A stretch of DNA of 64,000 nucleotides from Treponema sp. (lineage in GTDB: Bacteria > Spirochaetota > Spirochaetia > Treponematales > Treponemataceae). The stretch is taken from contig JAEDGQ010000002.1 in NCBI GenBank assembly GCA_016297415.1, positions 16,172 to 80,171 on the forward strand, given 5' to 3'. The position numbers and the translations under genes were made by a program. The notes beneath the pieces are model-generated. The model worked only from the letters and a program-made list of their open reading frames with translations. It was not told the origin of the DNA and did not search any database. Below, one piece after another: positions 19,040 to 28,229 of this stretch (within the stretch, counting starts at the first letter, position 1; the number at the start of each line of letters is the position of its first letter).

Positions 19040-20809
19040 TTATGCTTTCTGTTTTTTTGTTCTCAGCTCATAGAGAAAACGCTTGATTTTCTGACTTGCA
19101 GTTTTCTGAAATTCATTAATCTGCTGCATTTTGCTGATATAAGAACTTTTATTTGTCTGACTGTTTACAAAATACTGTATTTCTCCAAGAATTGCTTCTT
19201 TCTGATACAGTACATCTTTAATCAGGGTATCAGCAGTATCTTTTGCAGCATCTGTAAAATCTCCAAGGGCAGGAAACTTTTCCGGTAACTTTATTTTAAG
19301 CCTTTTTTCGATTTCTGCAGTAAGTTTTTCTTCGTCAAACTGAATAAGGGCAACAAGTCCCTTATCGTCTTCAACTACAAGACTTTCATTTACAACTGGA
19401 TGCTGATTAATTATAAATTCTATATCTTCAGGATAAATGTTTTCTCCGTTTGGACCAAGAATCATATTCTTGATACGGCCTTTTAAAATCAGGCGGGGAA
19501 TTCTTTTTTTTGTTTTAAGAATGCCTAAATCACCTGTTTTATAATATCCTGCACCACACTCGTCTGCATCTGTGGTAAAGGAACTGGCATTAATATCCGG
19601 TGCATTATAATAACCTTTCATAATGTTAGGACCTTTTGCCACAACTTCCCCGATTCCCCGGGAATTTTTATTGATGATTTTAAGGTCAACCCCAGGCAGA
19701 ACAGGTCCGATTGTACCAGGAATTGAATTTTTTGGTCCACAGGCTGCAAGAAGAGGAGAACATTCTGTAAGGCCATATCCGATTGCATAAGGTATCTTTG
19801 CGTCCTTCATAAAACGTTCAACCCTTTCATCGATTTTTGAACCACCGATTCCAAGAAATACAAGATGACCGCCAAAAAGTTTCATTAAAACTTTTCCGAT
19901 TGCTCTGTTTATGATTTTGCGGCAGAAATAAAAATGATAGAAAGTACGCAAAATCCACTTGTTTTTAATTTCTGGAAGAACTTTATTTTTATAAATTTTT
20001 TCCATGATTAATGGAACGCTGATAATTATTGTAGGTTTTACTTTTTCAAAAGCAGGAAGAAGCGCACTTACCACTGGTGGTTTTCCAAGATAATAAACAC
20101 AGGCTCCATTTAAAATCTGCATTGTAAATCCGATTGTAAACTCATAAACATGGCTGATGGGAAGAAAACTAAGACAACGGTCATATTTATTTATACGATG
20201 ACAATGCTGTCCCTGAATTGCGCACCAGACGAGATTTTTATGAGTAAGTTCTACACCTTTTGAACGTCCTGTTGTACCTGAAGTGTAAATAATTGAAGCA
20301 GTATCTTCTTCTCCGATTTTTACTTCAGGAAGCCTGCAGTTAAAGTCTGGTGTAAGACCTGTTTCATTTTTTAAGATTGAAAAGTCTTCCAGGGAAATTA
20401 TTATAGAAGGAAGTTTTTTTTCGTTTTCAGGATTATTGATAAGTTTTTTGAAAAGGCGTGTTTCTACAAAAATTGCATCCGGCTTACAATGTTCGAAAAT
20501 TGAAATTACTTCGACTTCTGAAAAATCAGGAAGTAAAGGAACTGCTGTCATTCCATGATTAACAATTCCTAAATAAGAAATGCCCCATTGAGGTCTTCCG
20601 ATTCCCCAGATTGCAACTTTTGAACCTGTACCCAATCCAAGACTTGTTAAAAGAGAAGCAACTTCCAGAGATTTAGTTTCCAGTTCTGCGTAGCTGATTT
20701 CTTTTCCATCACCAGCCAGAGCCAGAGCCGGTCTGTTTGCAAACTTTTTTACACTGTTTTTTAAGAGAGCCTTAAATGTAAATTCACCTAAATCCTGAAT
20801 TGTTTCCAT
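19040..20809 (-). CDS. Long-chain fatty acid-CoA ligase
   Basis: YTSGTTGRSKG, GYGLTECSP, YKTGDLG, NGENIYPE. Confidence 0.9.
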   Translation of the reverse strand: METIQDLGEFTFKALLKNSVKKFANRPALALAGDGKEISYAELETKSLEVASLLTSLGLGTGSKVAIWGIGRPQWGISYLGIVNHGMTAVPLLPDFSEVEVISIFEHCKPDAIFVETRLFKKLINNPENEKKLPSIIISLEDFSILKNETGLTPDFNCRLPEVKIGEEDTASIIYTSGTTGRSKGVELTHKNLVWCAIQGQHCHRINKYDRCLSFLPISHVYEFTIGFTMQILNGACVYYLGKPPVVSALLPAFEKVKPTIIISVPLIMEKIYKNKVLPEIKNKWILRTFYHFYFCRKIINRAIGKVLMKLFGGHLVFLGIGGSKIDERVERFMKDAKIPYAIGYGLTECSPLLAACGPKNSIPGTIGPVLPGVDLKIINKNSRGIGEVVAKGPNIMKGYYNAPDINASSFTTDADECGAGYYKTGDLGILKTKKRIPRLILKGRIKNMILGPNGENIYPEDIEFIINQHPVVNESLVVEDDKGLVALIQFDEEKLTAEIEKRLKIKLPEKFPALGDFTDAAKDTADTLIKDVLYQKEAILGEIQYFVNSQTNKSSYISKMQQINEFQKTASQKIKRFLYELRTKKQKA

Positions 20810-20894
20810 ATATTTTTTTACCGTTAATAATAAAAATATTCTCTCCAGTAAATTAGACTTATTCTAAGCATAAAAGGTTGCAAAAAAACTCTGA

Positions 20895-21764
20895 TTACTC
20901 CACATTTTTAGACTGTTCACGGATGTTTTCAAGGGCATCTTTTGCATTAATAACCATTTCGCCAACTTCTGTGAACTGATTTTTTGAGCCGATTGTATTG
21001 ATTTCTCTGTTTGCTTCCTGACAGATAAAATCAATTCTTTTTCCCGGAACAGGATTTTCTTCAAATTCTCTGCGCATGGCAGAAAGATGACTGTGAAGAC
21101 GAATAATTTCTTCGTTAATTGTATATTTTACCATCATGGCTGCAACTTCTGTCATAATTCTATTCTGGTCTACATTGTCGCCAAGAAGTTCTGTAAAACG
21201 TGTTGTAATCTGTTCCTTAAATTTTTCTTCCATTTTTGGCTGCCATTCCTTAAAGAACGCAGCACATTTATCCAGTACATCAAGTTTTGCAAGAAGGTCT
21301 TTTTTAAGATTCTCACCTTCTCTGGATCTGTCTTTTATATACTGTTCAAATACTTCGTCAAATACACCCTGAATTTTGATCCAATATGACTGGGCATCAT
21401 ATTCATGTGTAATTGTTAAAACTCCATCCTGATTAATAATAAGGCTAAGAGGAATGTCTTCTGATTTACAGCCCAGGGCTTCATTAATTTTTGAAATTGC
21501 GTCCCTGTACATAATGGCAGCCTGAGGATCTGCACTTACCTTAGCTGTTGAATTCATGTCTTTAACACGAATTGTTACATCAACCTTACCGCGGATAATC
21601 TTTTCAGAAATTATTTTTCGAATTTTTGATTCAAGAGGATTTAAAAATGAAGGAATATTAACATTCAAATCGAGAAAACGATTATTTACTGATTTGATTT
21701 CTACACTAATCTGAGTATTTTCTACAATGGCTTCTTTGTAGCCGTAACCTGTCATGCTGTTCAT
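20895..21764 (-). CDS. YicC/YloC family endoribonuclease
   Basis: SMTGYG, EIKSVNNRFLD, GKRIDFICQEANREINTIGSK, ENIREQSKNVE. Confidence 0.92.
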   Translation of the reverse strand: MNSMTGYGYKEAIVENTQISVEIKSVNNRFLDLNVNIPSFLNPLESKIRKIISEKIIRGKVDVTIRVKDMNSTAKVSADPQAAIMYRDAISKINEALGCKSEDIPLSLIINQDGVLTITHEYDAQSYWIKIQGVFDEVFEQYIKDRSREGENLKKDLLAKLDVLDKCAAFFKEWQPKMEEKFKEQITTRFTELLGDNVDQNRIMTEVAAMMVKYTINEEIIRLHSHLSAMRREFEENPVPGKRIDFICQEANREINTIGSKNQFTEVGEMVINAKDALENIREQSKNVE

Positions 21765-21773
21765 ATTTGTTTC

Positions 21774-23270
21774 CTATTTTGAAAGTCTGTCAATAATTTT
21801 CTTTCCAACTTTCCAGTTATCACCGGCTCCCATTGTTACAAAAATGTAGCCGTCAGGATATTTTTCTCCGGAAGGTTCTTTAAGCATATCAAAACCCTTT
21901 TCTGCAGCTTCATCAAATTCACCGGCATAGATTACATCACTGTGATATTTTTTTGCATGATCTGCAAGAATCTGGCCTGTAACTGTTGCTGCACTGGCAT
22001 CTTCACGGGCGCTGCCATAAATTTTATTTATGATAACTTTGTCGGCTGAATCAAAACTTGAAGCAAATTCTTCAAGAAGCGCTGCAGTTCTTGTATATGT
22101 GTGACTCATAAAATCCACAATGATTTTGTGATTTTTGTAGAATTCACGGAAACCGGTCAGGGTTGTTTTAATGGCTGTAGGATGATGTCCGTAATCATCA
22201 ATAAAAATCACATCCTGACCTAAAGGAGTTTTACAGTGCCCTGTGATTTCGCTGCGTCGTTTTCCACCTGCAAAATTAAGTAACCCCTGTTTAATTTTCT
22301 GAGTATAATCTGCAGGATTTTTTCCATCTGCAATCAAAATCTGACAGTTTAAAGCCACAGCAGCTGCTGCGTTACGGACATTATGAAGTCCAGGAACACA
22401 AACAGCACATTCCCCCAGTCCTGCAAGTGTAAAATACTGTTTTCCAGCTTCTACCCTGCCAAAAGTGATTTTAAAATCTCCGTCAGCTTCAGTTCCATAA
22501 GGAATCATTACAATGTCTGGACGCTGTGAAGAAGCGATTTTTGCTGTTTCTACTGCCCCTTCATCATCTGCACAATAAATAAGTTTTCCGTTCTGTGGCA
22601 GTTTGCAGATATAATCAACAAATGCCTGCCGAATATCTTCATAAGTTGGATAATAATCCTGATGATCACTTTCTACAGAAGTAAGAATAATATTCTGAGG
22701 ATGGAAAGCCATAAAGTGACGCTGGTATTCACAGGTTTCTGCAACAAAATAAGGTTTTTTACCGTTTTTAAGTCCGGCAATAAGAGGACTTGTACAGGTG
22801 CAGCCATTGAAACTTGAAATTATGGAACCGGCCAGTGTTTGTCCCGGAAGATCAAGTTCTTTAAGAATTGTGCCTGTAAGACCTGTTGTTGAAGTTTTTC
22901 CGTGAACACCACAAATTCCAGAACTGTATGCTGTTGCAGAATATGCACCAAGAGCCTCGGTATAAAGCATCATGGGAACACCTTTTTTTACGGCAGCTGA
23001 AAGGTCAGGATTTTTTTCAGGACTATAGGCTGAAGAATAAACTACAAGCTGAATGTCATCTGTAATATTTTTTTCATCAAAAGGAAGTGCCTTAAGTCCA
23101 AGCTTGTCCAGGACTTCATCTGTATAAAACCGTTCACTTACATCTGAACCGGTAATAACAGCACCTCGTGCATTAAAAATTTCTACCAGGGCTACCATAC
23201 CGGTGCCTTTAATACCTACAAAATGAACATGAAGATTTTTTAATTCTGCAGGAAGTAATTTTGATTCCAT
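21774..23270 (-). CDS. murC: UDP-N-acetylmuramate-L-alanine ligase
   Basis: HFVGIKGTGM, GVHGKTSTT, DHQDYY, DDYGHHPT, MGAGD. Confidence 0.95.
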   Translation of the reverse strand: MESKLLPAELKNLHVHFVGIKGTGMVALVEIFNARGAVITGSDVSERFYTDEVLDKLGLKALPFDEKNITDDIQLVVYSSAYSPEKNPDLSAAVKKGVPMMLYTEALGAYSATAYSSGICGVHGKTSTTGLTGTILKELDLPGQTLAGSIISSFNGCTCTSPLIAGLKNGKKPYFVAETCEYQRHFMAFHPQNIILTSVESDHQDYYPTYEDIRQAFVDYICKLPQNGKLIYCADDEGAVETAKIASSQRPDIVMIPYGTEADGDFKITFGRVEAGKQYFTLAGLGECAVCVPGLHNVRNAAAAVALNCQILIADGKNPADYTQKIKQGLLNFAGGKRRSEITGHCKTPLGQDVIFIDDYGHHPTAIKTTLTGFREFYKNHKIIVDFMSHTYTRTAALLEEFASSFDSADKVIINKIYGSAREDASAATVTGQILADHAKKYHSDVIYAGEFDEAAEKGFDMLKEPSGEKYPDGYIFVTMGAGDNWKVGKKIIDRLSK

Positions 23271-23395
23271 TATTCAATTATCCCAATTAGCTTTTATTTT
23301 ACTTAAAAAAAGCCCTTTTTTCAACAAATATGATTATTTCCATATAAAACAACCTGTCAAAGACCAATATTTATGATAATATGTTAAGGATATAG

Positions 23396-23565
23396 AGGAG
23401 GCGTGCCTCCTTGCACTGCCGCTAACGCAGTGTTTCATTAAGGAGGCGTGATAAAAATTACATCCTTGTAATTTTTATCACTGCAGAATGCTGCTACGTT
23501 GTATCATCATTCTGCAAATACAGTGCTTCCTTGCACTGCCGCTAACGCGGTGTTTCATAAGGAGG
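23396..23565 (+). promoter_or_regulatory. Duplicated structured leader sequestering the hydrogenase RBS
   Basis: Direct repeat 23403-23446 / 23523-23565 (GTGCYTCCTTGCACTGCCGCTAACGCRGTGTTTCAT(T)AAGGAGG) separated by two hairpins. Confidence 0.65.
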
Positions 23566-23569
23566 AAAA

Positions 23570-25111
23570 ATGCTTAATACAAATAACAACGCTGCAATGA
23601 TTAAAAAAGAAGTTCTTGTTGAAATTCTTAAACTTCAACTTTCAGGAGCACTTCTTGATGAAAAAAGCATAACAGAAATAGATTCATTACCAGACAGATT
23701 TGCAAAAGATGACCATACTCCTTTCATGGGTTCCATTGAAAAAAACCGGGAGATTTTCAGTAACCGTATTCTTGCTTATCTTGGACACTCTGTAGAAGAC
23801 TACGACGGTTCAAAAAAACTTTCACAATATGTAAAAGAAGCTTACGAAAGAGAAAAACCAACCTGGCCAATGCTTACAATGATTCAGTCAGCCTGCAATG
23901 CCTGTGTTAAACCTCATTATTTTCCAACCGATGCCTGTCAGGCCTGTCTGGCTCGTCCCTGCAAAGTAAACTGTCCTAAACAGGCAATTGAAGTAACAGA
24001 CAGAGCCAGAATTGATCCTGCAAAATGTATTAACTGTGGTCTTTGTGCTCAGAACTGTCCTTACCACGCAATTATTAAAACTGTAGTTCCTTGTGAAGAA
24101 GCCTGTCCTGTAGGTGCAATCAGCAAAGGAAATGACGGTAAAGAATCAATTGATTTTGAAAAATGTATTTTCTGCGGAAAATGTATGTCTAACTGTCCTT
24201 TCAGTGCCATGATGGGTAAATCTCAGATTTTTGATGTTGTTAAACACATTATGGCAGGAAAAAGTGTTGTTGCCATGTATGCCCCTGCAATCGGAGCTCA
24301 GTTTAAGGGAACAAAACCCGGGCAGCTTGAAGCCTCCCTTGAAAAGGCCGGATTTAACCGTGTTTGGGAAGTTGCTATCGGAGCAGACATTACAGCAGAC
24401 AAAGAAGCTGAAGAATTTGAAGAACGCATGAAGCGTGGCGACAAAATGATGACAACAAGCTGTTGTCCGGCTTATGTCAGAGCTGTAAACATTCATGTTC
24501 CAGAACTCAGTCCATGTATTTCTGAAACAAAATCACCAATGATTTATACAGCAAAACTTGCAAAAGAAGCAGATCCTGACTGTATCACAGTATTTATCGG
24601 ACCTTGTCTTGCAAAACGCAGGGAAGCTTTTGATTCAGATTTAGTTGATTATGTTCTTTCCGTTGATGAAGTAAATGCACTTTTTGAAGCCAAAGAAATT
24701 GACGTAACAAAAGCACCTGTTGATATGGCAAAAATTACAAAATACATTCCTACTGTCAGCGGCCGTAACTTTGCAAAGACAGGAGGTGTTGCAGAAAGTG
24801 TACGTCTTCGTCTTAAGGATAAATCTATTTTACGTCCTGCTGTAATTAACGGTCTTGATAAAAACGGTATGAAACAGCTTGCTGCTTACGGACAGATGAA
24901 TGCAGGAACTATTCCTGTAAACAGCGATACTCCAAACCTTATTGAAGTTATGGCTTGTGAAGGCGGATGTATTGCCGGACCATCTGTAATCACTAATCCA
25001 AAACTTGGTGGCGGACTTCTGACTATGTATGCAAATGCCGGTTCCAAGCCGGATGAAATGGGAATTCCTGCAAAGTGCAATATGTCAGATATTTTGGAAT
25101 CTGAAAAATAA
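23570..25111 (+). CDS. Monomeric ferredoxin-type [FeFe] hydrogenase (group B-like)
   Basis: H-cluster motifs TSCCPAY, GPCLAKRRE, EVMACEGGCIAGP; several CxxCxxCxxxCP ferredoxin motifs. Confidence 0.92.
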   Translation: MLNTNNNAAMIKKEVLVEILKLQLSGALLDEKSITEIDSLPDRFAKDDHTPFMGSIEKNREIFSNRILAYLGHSVEDYDGSKKLSQYVKEAYEREKPTWPMLTMIQSACNACVKPHYFPTDACQACLARPCKVNCPKQAIEVTDRARIDPAKCINCGLCAQNCPYHAIIKTVVPCEEACPVGAISKGNDGKESIDFEKCIFCGKCMSNCPFSAMMGKSQIFDVVKHIMAGKSVVAMYAPAIGAQFKGTKPGQLEASLEKAGFNRVWEVAIGADITADKEAEEFEERMKRGDKMMTTSCCPAYVRAVNIHVPELSPCISETKSPMIYTAKLAKEADPDCITVFIGPCLAKRREAFDSDLVDYVLSVDEVNALFEAKEIDVTKAPVDMAKITKYIPTVSGRNFAKTGGVAESVRLRLKDKSILRPAVINGLDKNGMKQLAAYGQMNAGTIPVNSDTPNLIEVMACEGGCIAGPSVITNPKLGGGLLTMYANAGSKPDEMGIPAKCNMSDILESEK

Positions 25112-25116
25112 ATATC

Positions 25117-25230
25117 AGGGGATGTCCAAAAAGTTCAACTTGCGGTGGTTGAGCCCTTCGACAGGCTCAGGAACCACCTGTCGAAACCACCATATTTAGT
25201 GCAATGGTCATTACTTATTGGACAGCCCCT
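25117..25230. mobile_element. MITE (114 bp) with IS1182-like terminal inverted repeats carrying nested REP palindromes
   Basis: TIRs AGGGGATGTCCAAAAAGT / ACTTATTGGACAGCCCCT; internal GGTGGTTGAGC..CTGTCGAAACCACC. IS family assignment is from memory of end sequences. Confidence 0.7.
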
Positions 25231-25275
25231 TTTTTTAATTTACTTCTTTTTTAATTTACTTAATGGAATATAAAA

Positions 25276-26211
25276 ATGCGCTCACTAAAAAAACTTTTAT
25301 ACATTTCTTTTCTATTTCTCTGTACCGGATTTTCTAATTCACTTTTTGCACAGAAAATCGGTGTTCTTACAGGTCCTTCAGGAATTCCCTGCAGTTACCT
25401 TATGGAAAATAAAAGTGAGCTTCAGTTCGAAGTATTTTCTTCAGCACAGCAGCTTCTTCCCAAACTTTTAAAAGGTGAAATTGATGCCGGTTTTCTACCC
25501 CCAAATGTTGCTGCAAAAGCCTACAACAATTCCTCTGCCCTTGTTTGTCTTGCAATAACAGGAAACGGAAATATATACTTTATTTCAAAAAATCCGGAAA
25601 TTAAATTACTTCAGGATCTTAAGGGTAAAAAAGTTGCCTGTGCAGGTATGGGTGCAACACCGGAATATGTAACAAGATATCTGCTTAATGCACTTAATGT
25701 AAAAGATGTAGAACTTGATTTTTCAACTCCAAATCCTCAGATTGCAGCTATGGTATCTGAAGGAAAATTTGAATGTGCCATTGTTCCTGAGCCTTTTGCT
25801 ACTGTTGCAGCTTCAAAAGACAGTTCAATAAAGATAGTTGAAAACCTCAGCTCTGTTTACGAAAAACTTTCACCTGCCGGCACAGGCAGTTTTCCTATGA
25901 CTTTATTTGTTGCAAACAAAAAATATGCAGACAGCCACAAAAGTGAATTAAAAAAACTTGCTGCAGAAGTAAAAAAAGCCGGTGAATGGACCGTTAAAAA
26001 TCCTGAAAAAGCAGGCAAACTGGCAGAGAAACACAACCTTGGTCTAAAGGCTACGGTTGCAGAAAAAGCAATTCCTAACTGCAATTTTACATTTGTTCCT
26101 GCAAATTCTAAAAAATGCCGGGAGCGGATTGAAACACTTCTTTCAATTTTTATGGAATTTGATCCTAAATCTACAGGCGGAAAACTTCCTGATCAGGACT
26201 TTTACAGATAG
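25276..26211 (+). CDS. ABC transporter substrate-binding protein (SsuA/NMT1/THI5-like)
   Basis: Signal peptide, GPSGI, DLKGKKV, GATPE, PEPFAT, GGKLPDQDFY. Confidence 0.85.
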   Translation: MRSLKKLLYISFLFLCTGFSNSLFAQKIGVLTGPSGIPCSYLMENKSELQFEVFSSAQQLLPKLLKGEIDAGFLPPNVAAKAYNNSSALVCLAITGNGNIYFISKNPEIKLLQDLKGKKVACAGMGATPEYVTRYLLNALNVKDVELDFSTPNPQIAAMVSEGKFECAIVPEPFATVAASKDSSIKIVENLSSVYEKLSPAGTGSFPMTLFVANKKYADSHKSELKKLAAEVKKAGEWTVKNPEKAGKLAEKHNLGLKATVAEKAIPNCNFTFVPANSKKCRERIETLLSIFMEFDPKSTGGKLPDQDFYR

Positions 26212-26954
26212 TGAAAAAACTTCCCTACCTGCTTTCAATAATAACTTTTCTCTTTATCTGGCAGCTTGCAGCCTTATATGTAGATTCGTCCCTAATAATC
26301 TGCAGCCCCGTTGAAGTTGTTTCTACACTGTTTAATCTTGTTCAGACAAAAGAATTCTGGCTGAACATTTTATTTACTTTTGTTCGTGTAATGGCTGGAT
26401 TTTCAATTACTTTAATAACAGGCACAATTCTTGGCTTTGTCAGGGGAAAATCTTTTTTTTGGGACAGATTTCTGGATTTTCCATTTTCCCTCCTAAAAAC
26501 AACTCCGGTTGCAGCCCTTATCCTTATACTGATTTTCGCTTTTAATTCAAATTTAATTCCAGTCATTTCTTCTGTTTTAATGTGTCTTCCTGTAATGAGT
26601 GAATGCGTTAAAAACGGAATTATATGGGACAAAGATAACTTAAACCAGAAAAAACTTTACGAAATGGCAGAAATTTTCCGATTTTCAAAAATTCAAAAGT
26701 TTGTTCACATTTTTTTTCCTGCTTTCAGAAGTTTTTTTAATGCAGGAATCTGTTCAACTTTCGGCATGTGCTGGAAAGTCGTAGCTGCAGGAGAAATATT
26801 AACTGTTCCCCGTTTTGCGGCAGGTACCTTTTTATATAAAAATCAGGTAAATCTTGAAACTTCTTCTGTATTTGCCATGACAATTGTACTTGTTGTTTTA
26901 AGCAGCATTTTTGAAGGTTTATTAAAATGGTTATTAAAGACATCTCAAAAATAG
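26211..26954 (+). CDS. ABC transporter permease (SsuC/TauC-like)
   Basis: Multiple TM segments; TPVAALI, WKVVAAGE. Confidence 0.85.
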   Translation: MKKLPYLLSIITFLFIWQLAALYVDSSLIICSPVEVVSTLFNLVQTKEFWLNILFTFVRVMAGFSITLITGTILGFVRGKSFFWDRFLDFPFSLLKTTPVAALILILIFAFNSNLIPVISSVLMCLPVMSECVKNGIIWDKDNLNQKKLYEMAEIFRFSKIQKFVHIFFPAFRSFFNAGICSTFGMCWKVVAAGEILTVPRFAAGTFLYKNQVNLETSSVFAMTIVLVVLSSIFEGLLKWLLKTSQK

Positions 26955-27544
26955 AAAAAAATCATTCTGATGGAATAAAAATAAAAAATCTCACTCTTAA
27001 AATTGAAAATAAAACTGTTTTTTCAGATTTTTCAATAAACTTTAAGGCAAAAAAAATTACAGGTATAATCGCACCAAGCGGCTGGGGAAAAACAACACTT
27101 TTAAACTGGATTTCCAAAAATTTCAAAAATGTAAGTTACGCCTTTCAGGACTTAAGGCTTCTGGAAAATGAAACAGTTTTAAATAACATTACAATTCCCT
27201 TAAATGCAGAAAATATTAAAATTAACAAAAACTCAGTTGAATCTTTACCGGACTGTGTAAGTCAATGTCTTACAAAACTTGAACTTTTAGACATTGCATC
27301 AAAAAAAGCAGCAGCTTTATCAGGTGGAGAAAGACAACGGGTAAGTCTTGCCCGGGCACTGGTTTTTAATTCAGACATTCTTCTTCTGGATGAACCATTT
27401 CAGAATCTTGATTACAGCCTTAAGATAAACATAATGAATTACATAAAACAATTGCAGCAACAGTTTCCAAGAACTGTCCTTTTCGTAACACACCATAAAG
27501 CAGAAGCAGACTATCTTTGCGATGAAATTATTACTTTTGAATAA
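26927..27544 (+). CDS. ABC transporter ATP-binding protein
   Basis: APSGWGKTT, LSGGERQR, LLLDEPF, FVTH. Confidence 0.9.
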   Translation: MVIKDISKIEKNHSDGIKIKNLTLKIENKTVFSDFSINFKAKKITGIIAPSGWGKTTLLNWISKNFKNVSYAFQDLRLLENETVLNNITIPLNAENIKINKNSVESLPDCVSQCLTKLELLDIASKKAAALSGGERQRVSLARALVFNSDILLLDEPFQNLDYSLKINIMNYIKQLQQQFPRTVLFVTHHKAEADYLCDEIITFE

Positions 27545-27572
27545 AAAAATTACAAACTCAACATCATCTGCT

Positions 27573-27634
27573 CACTAAATATGGTGGTTTCGACAAGCTC
27601 AACCACCGCAAGTTGAACTTTTTGGACATCCCCT
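27573..27634 (-). mobile_element. Inverted half copy of the 25117 MITE (left end plus single REP)
   Basis: Reverse complement AGGGGATGTCCAAAAAGTTCAACTTGCGGTGGTTGAGCTTGTCGAAACCACCATATTTAGTG matches 25117-25201 apart from a 23-nt insert and one substitution. Confidence 0.85.
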
Positions 27635-27651
27635 TTCTATCTGGTTTGAAT

Positions 27652-28182
27652 TTATGCCTCTACATTAAGGCCGTTGTTGCTCAACTGAAGGTACATCTGA
27701 TCTGCCAGACCAAAATCAGCGCTTTTTGTCATTTGAGTTGCGTATTCATCATAAAGCATATCTTCATACATTTTTGTTGCAAAATCACCTTCACCATTTG
27801 CCTTAACTATAGTCTTACGCATCTGACTGATCATCATTTTTACAATGTATGATTCCATTTCCAGGGATTTTTCATAAAGTTTTGAAGTCTTATCAATTGT
27901 TCCCTGTTTTACATTTGGATTAGCCTGATTTGCTGCAGCTCCTGATGGCAGTGCATTTTTATCAGCCTGAAATTTGTATGTGCCTGCAAAGCCTGTGGAG
28001 TAATCCCCGTTCAAACGACCATCCTGAGCAACCTGGGAAGAAGAAAGATTTGATCCAATAGAAGAAGCCTCACCGTAAACTGAACGGAGCAAATCTTCAA
28101 ATTTTCCTTTTTCTGAAGAAATTTTTGCACTTGTGAGAGCACCCTGTCCATTTGTAATTGAGCTGATTCCGCCTACTGTCAT
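27652..28182 (-). CDS. flgJ: Flagellar rod-binding protein, single-domain FlgJ
   Basis: LYEKSLEMESYIVKMMISQMRKT...MYEDMLYDEY...FGLADQMYLQL rod-binding domain; no muramidase domain; follows flgG. Confidence 0.8.
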   Translation of the reverse strand: MTVGGISSITNGQGALTSAKISSEKGKFEDLLRSVYGEASSIGSNLSSSQVAQDGRLNGDYSTGFAGTYKFQADKNALPSGAAANQANPNVKQGTIDKTSKLYEKSLEMESYIVKMMISQMRKTIVKANGEGDFATKMYEDMLYDEYATQMTKSADFGLADQMYLQLSNNGLNVEA

Positions 28183-28229
28183 TTTGTTTCTTCCCCCTCT
28201 TTCTAAAACCTTAACGGCTCAGATTAAAC

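Noticed and set aside
23448..23471. uORF GTG-ATA-AAA-ATT-ACA-TCC-TTG-TAA behind AAGGAGG
   Set aside because: SD-to-start spacing is 1 nt and the ORF lies in a perfect hairpin, so translation is unlikely.
23403..23565. Mini CRISPR array (two 43-44 nt repeats)
   Set aside because: Only two units, a 76-nt palindromic spacer, repeats containing SD sequences, and no cas genes.
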